Assembly: GCA_034723415.1 (NCBI GenBank)
Contig: JAYEOX010000092.1
Coordinates: forward strand, 1-14,062
Length of the DNA: 14,062 nt
Reading direction: 5' to 3'
Source of the DNA: Fidelibacterota bacterium
GTDB lineage: Bacteria > Fidelibacterota > Fidelibacteria > Fidelibacterales > Fidelibacteraceae
Under the pieces are notes generated by a model, which ran no database searches, had not been told where the DNA came from, and saw nothing but the letters and a program-made list of their open reading frames with translations. The translations under genes and the position numbers were made by a program. Shown here piece by piece: positions 6,904-14,062 of the stretch. How positions within the stretch are numbered: position 1 is the first letter of the stretch; each line of letters opens with the position of its first letter.

Positions 6904-9297
6904 ATGAATAAAATATCAAAACTGTTTATTATTATTCCCCTATTATTTAGTTCACTTTTCGCTACTATTGGTGATTGGTATTCTTATGGAAATTTAACTA
7001 CTTTGTATAATTTAAATTATAATAATAATTGTGTTTTGGCAGCTTCAAATGGTGGATTATTAAAATTTGATCAACAATCACTAAAGATAGATATTTATAA
7101 AAATACTGACTTTTTAGATAACATTAATATTTCATATTTTCATATTGATAAAGTTGGTACTTACTGGTTCGGATACGATAGCAATCCAACAAAAATCACT
7201 TATTATACAAAAAATGGAAAGACAAAACATTATGATTTCCAATTTTCAAAAATAAATACAATTGCAAGTGACAGCAATAATATTCTAATTGCTTATGAAA
7301 AGAATTTAACCAAGGGAATTGCTCATTTTGTAAGAAATAATGATGAATATGCATTTAAAGATTTTTACGAACAATATCCTATTGATATTGGGGAAATTTC
7401 TTCACTGCAAATATTTGATAATAAAATTTTTATAGGTAGTGAGAATGGTTTATTAACAGGAAATCTCAACAATCCAAATTTGAAACCTTCCGAAGCTTGG
7501 ACTTTAATTAATAATAATGACATAAAAAAATTTTACTCTTATAATGATACTCTATTTCTAACTCAAAATAACTCCATTTATTATTTAAATAATAATTCTC
7601 CTACTCTTTATAACGATGGTATTACAACTTATCCCGCAGTTACATTTTCTTCAAATTCTCAAGAATTATTTTATGCAAATATTCACCATATTTATAAAAA
7701 AGTCAACAACGGCTGGGAAAATATTTATTCTACGAATGAAAATATCACTGGTTTTACTTGTTCAAATGAAAAATTATTTTTAGGAGTAGAAGAAAAAGGT
7801 TTGATAGAGCTTTTATTCGATGGAGAGATCCAAAGCTCTTTTATACCAAATTCTCCAATATTTACCAGAACTTCTACTTTTAGATCATTGGCAATTGATA
7901 ATAATGGAAATGTTTATATTGCTCACAATGATGGGATCGATATATTTAGAAAATATTATTGGCATAATCTGATTAAAACCGATTCAACAATTGATTTAAA
8001 TACTCAAACATCATCCAATAGTTTTTCGTCGGACACTTTAGCATATACATTGATAAAAAGTACTGAATCCGCAACTTGGGATTCTTATATTTCCGACGAT
8101 GGATATTTATATTTTTCGTTAACTGATTATAATGTAACAAAAAATAATCTGAATTATGAACCAATTGCCGGACCGGGAGTATTTTTTAAAATGAATTTAA
8201 GTGATTATTCTGAATATACTCTCTATGATACTACAGATGATATTTTTCACGGAACTGAAAATCTCGGTGGAACAGAGGAATATGTTAAAATGCGTGGAAT
8301 TGCAGAATCTTCAACCGGTGATATCTGGGTTGTAAATGCTCATGTAGGAAATAATGAATCATTAGTTCGATTCAAAACCGATAGTTCTATTGAAAAATAT
8401 TCCACAACAGAAACGGGAAGCGAATTACAATTATTACCAAACGAATTGGTCTTTGATGATCATGGAAGATTAATAATTGGTAATACTCAAAATCAAGAAA
8501 ATCCAATTATTACGGAAGGCGGGGTTACAATTTTTGACATTGAAAATGATGAGTGGTACTTAATAAACGAATCAAACGGATTAGCAAATAATAATGTTTT
8601 TTCGGTATGCAAAGATATTGACGGTTCGATATGGATAGCAACTTCCAGTGGTGTACAAAACATTCGCACAAATTTTATATTGGATCACGATACATTTGAT
8701 GACGATATTTCACATGTTTTTAATACTTTTAATCAAGGTAGTGAAACAGTTTTACGCGGATTGACAAATGTAAATGTAAGAAAGATCAGAGTTGATATTA
8801 GAGGAAATACTTGGTTTTTAACTGAAAATAGCGGCATTAGAATTTATAAAAATGATGGAACTTGGTTTAATTCCGGATACGGATATACGGAAGATAATTC
8901 ACCTTTATTGAACAACACAATTTATGATATTGTTTTTGATAATGAAAATGGTTACGCTTATATTTTAACTCCTTCAGGATTGAATCGTGTAGAAACCGCT
9001 TGGAAAAAAGAGATTGAAACAACTAGTAATATTATTATTTTTCCTCAACCATTTGATCCAAATAAAAATGACAGAATAGTATTTGACAATCTACCTGATC
9101 AAAGCGAAATAAAAATAGCTACAATTAATGGCAGAGTGATTTCAACTATTTCAACAGAAGATTCTCAAAATTATGGCAATCAAATTATTTGGGATGGAAA
9201 ATTAGATAATGGAAAAATGATCTCACGAGGAGTATATCTAGTATTAATCCATAATGTTGACGGGTTAAGTGAAATGAAAAAATTAGCTGTATATTAA
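6904..9297 (+). CDS. Secreted beta-propeller protein, PorZ-like, with C-terminal T9SS-sorting/FlgD-Ig-like domain, 797 aa
   Basis: Signal peptide ending LFA, then IGDWYSY. Propeller-blade repeats such as SLAIDNNGNVYIA, NGLANNNVFSVCKDIDGSIWIATSSG, IRVDIRGNTWF and NSPLLNNTIYDIVFD. C-terminal IIFPQPF...IKIATINGRVI...WDGKLDNGKMISRGVYLV...KKLAVY. Confidence 0.75.
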   Translation: MNKISKLFIIIPLLFSSLFATIGDWYSYGNLTTLYNLNYNNNCVLAASNGGLLKFDQQSLKIDIYKNTDFLDNINISYFHIDKVGTYWFGYDSNPTKITYYTKNGKTKHYDFQFSKINTIASDSNNILIAYEKNLTKGIAHFVRNNDEYAFKDFYEQYPIDIGEISSLQIFDNKIFIGSENGLLTGNLNNPNLKPSEAWTLINNNDIKKFYSYNDTLFLTQNNSIYYLNNNSPTLYNDGITTYPAVTFSSNSQELFYANIHHIYKKVNNGWENIYSTNENITGFTCSNEKLFLGVEEKGLIELLFDGEIQSSFIPNSPIFTRTSTFRSLAIDNNGNVYIAHNDGIDIFRKYYWHNLIKTDSTIDLNTQTSSNSFSSDTLAYTLIKSTESATWDSYISDDGYLYFSLTDYNVTKNNLNYEPIAGPGVFFKMNLSDYSEYTLYDTTDDIFHGTENLGGTEEYVKMRGIAESSTGDIWVVNAHVGNNESLVRFKTDSSIEKYSTTETGSELQLLPNELVFDDHGRLIIGNTQNQENPIITEGGVTIFDIENDEWYLINESNGLANNNVFSVCKDIDGSIWIATSSGVQNIRTNFILDHDTFDDDISHVFNTFNQGSETVLRGLTNVNVRKIRVDIRGNTWFLTENSGIRIYKNDGTWFNSGYGYTEDNSPLLNNTIYDIVFDNENGYAYILTPSGLNRVETAWKKEIETTSNIIIFPQPFDPNKNDRIVFDNLPDQSEIKIATINGRVISTISTEDSQNYGNQIIWDGKLDNGKMISRGVYLVLIHNVDGLSEMKKLAVY

Positions 9298-9312
9298 AAA
9301 AATAAGAGTTTT

Positions 9313-11940
9313 ATGAAATCAACAACTATTAGAAAACAATTTATCGACTATTTTCAAAAGGAATTAAATCACGAATTTGTTCCAAGTGCACCTGTTATTC
9401 CTCACAATGATCCGACTCTATTATTTATTAACGCAGGAATGAATCAATTCAAATCATATTTTCTCGGTGAATCAAAACCAAAATTCAAGCGAGCAGTCAA
9501 TTCGCAAAAATGTATACGCGTTAGTGGAAAACACAATGATCTGGAAGAAGTAGGCAGAGACAATTATCATCACACATTTTTTGAGATGCTTGGAAATTGG
9601 AGTTTTGGTGATTATTATAAACCTGAAGCTATAGAATGGGCTTGGAAATTACTTACGGAAATTTATGGAATTGACAAAAATCGTCTCTATGCCACTGTAT
9701 ATAAAGACGATGATGAATCATTCGATTTATGGAAAAAAATATCCGGTTTACCAAAAGATAGAATATTACGATATGGTAAAAAGGATAATTTTTGGGATAT
9801 GGGAGCTGTCGGTCCTTGTGGTCCTTGCTCTGAAATCCACTACTATAACGGTGATGATATAAAAAACCAAGATCCAACAAAAATAAATTCCGGTGATCCT
9901 AATTACATAGAATTATGGAATTTGGTATTCATACAATATAATCGTGATAAAAATAATAAACTTACTCTTTTACCAAAAAAACATGTTGATACAGGAGCGG
10001 GATTGGAGCGACTTACTGCAACTTTAAACAATAAATTAAGTAACTATGAAACAGACCTCTTCTCTCCTATTATAGATAAGATTGCAAATATTTCAAAAGT
10101 AAAATACAATAAAAACAAAACCGGAATTCCACATCGTGTTATCGCAGACCATTTACGAATGTTAACATTTTCGATCGGTGACGGAGCATTCCCAAGTAAC
10201 GAAGGAAGAGGTTATGTATTAAGAAGAGTATTAAGAAGAGCAGCTCGTTTTGGTATCAAATTAAATTTACACGAACCATTTATATACAAATTAGTTCCAA
10301 CATTAATTGACACAATGGGTGAAACATTTCCCGAAATAATAAACCGTCAAAAACATATACAACAGGTAATAAAAAGTGAAGAAAAATCATTTGGATTGAC
10401 TTTGGATAAGGGCTTAGAAATTTTTGAAGATATTGCAAATAAAGTTAAGAAGAAAAACATAAGTAGAATTCCCGGTGAAGATGTATTTAAACTTTATGAT
10501 ACTTTTGGATTTCCGGTTGATCTAACTAATATGCTGGCAGAAGAGAAGAATTTGAATATTGACATTGATTCATTTAATAAATTGATGAAAAAGCAACAGG
10601 AAATGGCACGAGCAAAGAGTCAATTTGGTCAAAAAAGAATGAAGGTAAATGTGAAAGTAGTTTTTAACAAACAGATAAAAAATGTTAAGACGAATTCGCT
10701 ATTTATAGGTTATAAATATATTTCGGCTACAGCGAATTTGCTGAAACAGGTAAAACTCGATGATTCATTTTACTTGATTTTTGATAAGACGCCGTTCTAT
10801 CCGGAAGGTGGCGGACAAGTTGGAGACAAGGGTGAAGTGATAATTGTTGGTCAAAAATATTCGATTATTGATACACAAAGAAGAGGCAAAGAGATACTTC
10901 ACAAAATTGATAAAGAGTTAAAATTATCCGGCAAAATTAATCCGGTGAAACTCATTGTGAATATCGAATCACGAAGAAATATTGCGAGAAACCATACTGC
11001 TACTCACCTTTTACAAGCAGCATTAAGAGAAGTACTCGGAAATCATGTTCACCAATCCGGAAGTTTTGTATCTTCTGAATATTTGCGATTCGATTTCACT
11101 CATTATGAAAAAATCAAAGAAAAAGATCTGGACAAAATACTTAATTTGATAAATCAAAAAATAATTGAAAATATCTTTGTCGAATCAAAGATAGAAAAAT
11201 ATGAAGATGCAATCCAAAATGGAGTTATGGCTCTATTTGGTGAAAAATATTCCAAAAATGTTCGCTCAATAAAAATCGGCGATTTCTCTTATGAATTGTG
11301 TGGTGGAACTCATGTAAAATGCATTGGCGAAATCGGACCATTTATAATTAAAAGTGAATCCGGAGTTGCATCAGGAATAAGAAGAATTGAAGCAATTACA
11401 GGGAAAAGATCAATCGACAGTTTATTAACCAATAATAAAATTTTGAGCGAATTAAGTTATATTATGGATTCGCCAATAGATAAAATAGCAGATAAAGTTG
11501 AAAGTGTTTTTAAACACAGGAAAAAATTAAAAAAGACAATTACTAACTTGAGAAAAAAACTTATTGGCTATTCAGTTGATGAATATATAAAAACACCAAT
11601 AAAGATAAATGGACATAATATATATTTAAATATAGTTGAAGTGAATTCCGTAGATGAGTTGAAAAACATTGGAGATAAAGTACGAGAAAAACTTAAATCA
11701 TCAGTTGCAATTTTCGGAACTGTCATTGATTCTACTCCTCAAGTTTTATGTGTTGTAACTGACGATCTGGTAAAAGAAGGAATAAAAGCCGGAAAAATTG
11801 TCGGCGTGATCGGCAAAAAATTAGGCGGCGGCGGCGGCGGAAGACCACACATGGCAATAGCTGGTGGAAAAAAACCCGAATTGCTTGAAAAAACGATAGC
11901 CAGCATTAAAAAAGACGAAAATATTAAAAATTTACTCTGA
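9313..11940 (+). CDS. alaS: Alanine--tRNA ligase, 875 aa
   Basis: DPTLLFINAGMNQFK, HHTFFEMLGNWSFGDY, GPCGPCSEI, VDTGAGLER and GRGYVLRR. Editing motifs HTATHLL and ELCGGTH. C-terminal GGGGGGRP..A.AGG. Confidence 0.99.
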   Translation: MKSTTIRKQFIDYFQKELNHEFVPSAPVIPHNDPTLLFINAGMNQFKSYFLGESKPKFKRAVNSQKCIRVSGKHNDLEEVGRDNYHHTFFEMLGNWSFGDYYKPEAIEWAWKLLTEIYGIDKNRLYATVYKDDDESFDLWKKISGLPKDRILRYGKKDNFWDMGAVGPCGPCSEIHYYNGDDIKNQDPTKINSGDPNYIELWNLVFIQYNRDKNNKLTLLPKKHVDTGAGLERLTATLNNKLSNYETDLFSPIIDKIANISKVKYNKNKTGIPHRVIADHLRMLTFSIGDGAFPSNEGRGYVLRRVLRRAARFGIKLNLHEPFIYKLVPTLIDTMGETFPEIINRQKHIQQVIKSEEKSFGLTLDKGLEIFEDIANKVKKKNISRIPGEDVFKLYDTFGFPVDLTNMLAEEKNLNIDIDSFNKLMKKQQEMARAKSQFGQKRMKVNVKVVFNKQIKNVKTNSLFIGYKYISATANLLKQVKLDDSFYLIFDKTPFYPEGGGQVGDKGEVIIVGQKYSIIDTQRRGKEILHKIDKELKLSGKINPVKLIVNIESRRNIARNHTATHLLQAALREVLGNHVHQSGSFVSSEYLRFDFTHYEKIKEKDLDKILNLINQKIIENIFVESKIEKYEDAIQNGVMALFGEKYSKNVRSIKIGDFSYELCGGTHVKCIGEIGPFIIKSESGVASGIRRIEAITGKRSIDSLLTNNKILSELSYIMDSPIDKIADKVESVFKHRKKLKKTITNLRKKLIGYSVDEYIKTPIKINGHNIYLNIVEVNSVDELKNIGDKVREKLKSSVAIFGTVIDSTPQVLCVVTDDLVKEGIKAGKIVGVIGKKLGGGGGGRPHMAIAGGKKPELLEKTIASIKKDENIKNLL

Positions 11941-11948
11941 GTTATTTA

Positions 11949-12674
11949 ATGGAAAGAAAATATCAAATAAATTTAGATACTTTTGCAGGTCCTTTAGATC
12001 TATTGTTATATTTTATTAAACGCGATGAATTAAATATTTATGATATTCCCATTGCAAAGATCACAAAAGAATATTTAGAATATCTTAATATGATGCATAC
12101 TCTTGACTTGCAAATTGCCGGTGAATTTGTCGAAATGGCAAGTAATCTGATGAGTATCAAAGCAAAAATGTTATTGCCAAGATTTGCCGAAGCAGATGAT
12201 GATGATATTGAAGATCCAAGGAATGAACTTGTTCAGCGATTATTGGAATATCAACAATACAAAGAGATGGGAAAAGAGATGAAAAAATTGGAAGAAGAGA
12301 ACATTTCATATTTCCATCGAAACCCAAACTTGACTTATGTTGATAAAAATATAGATGCAAAAGAGATTTTACATAAAATATCATTATTTGATATTCTTAC
12401 TGCTTTTAAAAATGTGTTAGATAAAATTCCGGATAAACTAATTCCTCATGGGATACAACTTGATAATGTAAGCATTGATGATCAAACGGAATATTTATAC
12501 ACATTTTTCATAAAGAAATCAAAGGTAAATTTTTCAACAGTTGTGAAAACAATTAAAAGTAGAGTTGTATTGATCGTAACATTTATTGCGATTTTAGAAA
12601 TGATAAAAACACAGCAGATTAGAATTTATCAAGCAGATCTATTTGAAGATTTTATAATTGAGAAAGTTGAATGA
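11949..12674 (+). CDS. scpA: Segregation and condensation protein A (kleisin), 241 aa
   Basis: FAGPLDLLLYFI...IYDIPIAKIT.EYL, IKAKMLLP, EDPRNELVQRLLEY and C-terminal IVTFIAILEM. Confidence 0.95.
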   Translation: MERKYQINLDTFAGPLDLLLYFIKRDELNIYDIPIAKITKEYLEYLNMMHTLDLQIAGEFVEMASNLMSIKAKMLLPRFAEADDDDIEDPRNELVQRLLEYQQYKEMGKEMKKLEEENISYFHRNPNLTYVDKNIDAKEILHKISLFDILTAFKNVLDKIPDKLIPHGIQLDNVSIDDQTEYLYTFFIKKSKVNFSTVVKTIKSRVVLIVTFIAILEMIKTQQIRIYQADLFEDFIIEKVE

Positions 12675-12676
12675 AT

Positions 12677-12783
12677 AATTAGAAATTAGAAATTAGGAAT
12701 CCTAGTTTCTCGCAAAGTTCGCAAAGAAAAGTAAAGAATTCAAGGAATATTGCTGAAAATTTAAATATCAATTATCAAATATT
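12677..12783 (+). repeat. Cluster of short tandem repeats in the scpA-scpB spacer
   Basis: AATTAGA-AATTAGA-AATTAGG (12677-12697); TCGCAAAG twice (12710-12717 and 12719-12726) plus decayed copies; AAATATC-AATTATC-AAATATT (12763-12783). Confidence 0.7.
12688..12710 (+). other. Stem-loop with a 10-bp stem (one U-G pair) and 3-nt loop
   Basis: AGAAATTAGG-AAT-CCTAGTTTCT. No poly-U tail follows, so it is not called a terminator. Confidence 0.5.
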
Positions 12784-12794
12784 AAGGAAACAAA

Positions 12795-13400
12795 ATGAAA
12801 ACAATTGACATAAATGCTAAGATCGTAGAGGCAATATTAGTTGCATCAGATGAGGCAATAACGCAAGGGAAATTGGACAAATGCTTAGATGAAGGACACC
12901 AAATTGATTTGGATAACACAATCAAATATCTAAATAATTTTTATGAAAAAGCCGACCGTAGTTTTTTTATTATGAAAGTCGCCGGTGGATATTTATTAGC
13001 AACTCATAAGGATTATGAAAAATTTATTAGAAAATTCATCAATCGTTCCGGAAGAATTCGACTATCTTATGCGGCTTTAGAGACATTAGCAATTATTTCC
13101 TACAAACAACCAATTACTCATCCGGAAATTGAAAGGATTAGAGGAGTAAATAGTGGTGGAGTAATTAGCACACTTATGGAGAGAAATTTAGTTACAGTTA
13201 AAGGAAGAGCAAATTCACCGGGACGTCCATTATTATATGCAACAACAGAGGATTTTCTAAAATATTTCGGACTTAATTCATCATCAGATCTTCCTCGTTT
13301 AAAAGAATTAGATGAAATTATTCACGGTAAAAACAACATATCTCAAAAAACAGCAGAACCAAATCCAATTAGAGAAGAAAAAACAGATAATGACCAATAA
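12795..13400 (+). CDS. scpB: SMC-Scp complex subunit ScpB, 201 aa
   Basis: IVEAILVAS, VAGGYLLAT, RLSYAALETLAIISYKQPIT..EIERIRGVNS and PGRPLLYATTEDFLKYFGL. SD-like AAGGA at 12784-12788. Confidence 0.96.
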   Translation: MKTIDINAKIVEAILVASDEAITQGKLDKCLDEGHQIDLDNTIKYLNNFYEKADRSFFIMKVAGGYLLATHKDYEKFIRKFINRSGRIRLSYAALETLAIISYKQPITHPEIERIRGVNSGGVISTLMERNLVTVKGRANSPGRPLLYATTEDFLKYFGLNSSSDLPRLKELDEIIHGKNNISQKTAEPNPIREEKTDNDQ

Positions 13401-13412
13401 TTAAACAATATT

Positions 13413-14062
13413 GTGATAAAAATATCAGTAATAATTCCCGTATTTAATCGAGAAAATACAATTTCAAGAGCAATTGATTCTGTATTAAATCAGACATATA
13501 AACCATTAGAAATTATTGTAGTAGATGATGGTTCTACAGACAAAACCGATGATATTTTGAAATCATATTCAGATAAGATCAAGGTAATTCATCAAAAAAA
13601 TAGTGGGGTTTCTGCTGCAAGAAATAATGGAATAAAAAATTCTGTCGGTAAATGGATTGCACTTTTAGACAGCGACGACGAATGGCTTCCAAATAAATTA
13701 CAATTAGAAGTTGATTATATTAATAAAAATCATAGAATAAATATTTTACAAACAGAAGAGATCTGGATAAGAGATGGAAGACGAGTAAATCCCAAAAAAT
13801 ATCACAAAAAAATATCCGGAGATATTTTCAAAAAGAGTTTAGAATTATGTTTGGTCAGTCCTTCTGCTGTGATTTTTAAACGATCGCTATTTGATGAAAT
13901 TGGAGATTTTGATGAAGAACTACCTGTCTGCGAAGATTATGATTATTGGCTTCGAACCAGTTTAAAATATCATGTTGGTTTAGTAAATAAATTTGGAATA
14001 AAAAAATATGGTGGACATTCAGATCAGCTTTCACAAAAATATTGGGGAATGGACAGGTTTAG
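13413..14062 (+). CDS. Glycosyltransferase family 2 protein, 3'-truncated by the window
   Basis: From GTG 13413: MIKISVIIPVFNRE...IDSVLNQTY...IIVVDDGSTD...NSGVSAARNNG...IALLDSDDEW (DxD)...CEDYDYWLR...KYGGHSDQLSQKYWGMDRF, open to the window end. The start codon is uncertain because there is no clear SD. Confidence 0.92.
   Translation, partial: MIKISVIIPVFNRENTISRAIDSVLNQTYKPLEIIVVDDGSTDKTDDILKSYSDKIKVIHQKNSGVSAARNNGIKNSVGKWIALLDSDDEWLPNKLQLEVDYINKNHRINILQTEEIWIRDGRRVNPKKYHKKISGDIFKKSLELCLVSPSAVIFKRSLFDEIGDFDEELPVCEDYDYWLRTSLKYHVGLVNKFGIKKYGGHSDQLSQKYWGMDRF

Noticed and set aside
10216..10240. Direct repeat GTATTAAGAAGA x2 in alaS
   Set aside because: It encodes the conserved VLRRVLRR segment of AlaRS.
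10580..10920. Seemingly more G-ending codons in the alaS linker, suggesting a recombined patch
   Set aside because: An impression only, in a naturally variable region. It cannot be supported without a codon-usage scan.
11824..11841. (GGC)5 GGA run as a possible phase-variable repeat
   Set aside because: An in-frame triplet run encoding the conserved Gly-rich C-terminal motif of AlaRS.
5807..12384. Short ORFs 5807-6019, 7973-8164, 9653-9880, 9665-9862 and 12157-12384
   Set aside because: All lie inside well-supported genes on the opposite strand or in another frame, and none has recognisable features.
12677..12783. Spacer repeats as a CRISPR array or intrinsic terminator
   Set aside because: The units are 7-9 bp with no unique spacers and no cas genes nearby. 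The hairpin has no U-tract after it.
13398..13415. Possible ScpB-GT2 read-through fusion, since both share a frame
   Set aside because: ScpB is complete at a normal length and ends in TAA, a poor read-through codon. A GTG start is available and a shared frame has a 1-in-3 chance.

Overview
AT-rich (roughly 28-30% GC by spot counts) bacterial housekeeping region with two divergent gene clusters. Minus strand: a UbiA-family prenyltransferase with DGGGP-synthase-like motifs, followed by an almost complete dnaE (Pol III alpha, 1141 codons, absent from the ORF track because it runs off the window edge). Plus strand: phoH/ybeZ, tmk, an exported SPOR protein, a PorZ-like beta-propeller protein with a C-terminal sorting-type domain, alaS, scpA, scpB and a 3'-truncated GT2 glycosyltransferase (also absent from the track). 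The gene content suggests an FCB-group bacterium (inference). I found no RNA gene, CRISPR array, transposase or phage gene, and no complete novel multi-gene system. The best leads are: the archaeal-ether-lipid-type prenyltransferase; a symmetric 58-bp divergent promoter that appears to drive two leaderless mRNAs; strong CCGG over-representation; two ~120-bp spacers made of short degenerate tandem repeats; and an intact nine-ligand PHP site in DnaE.
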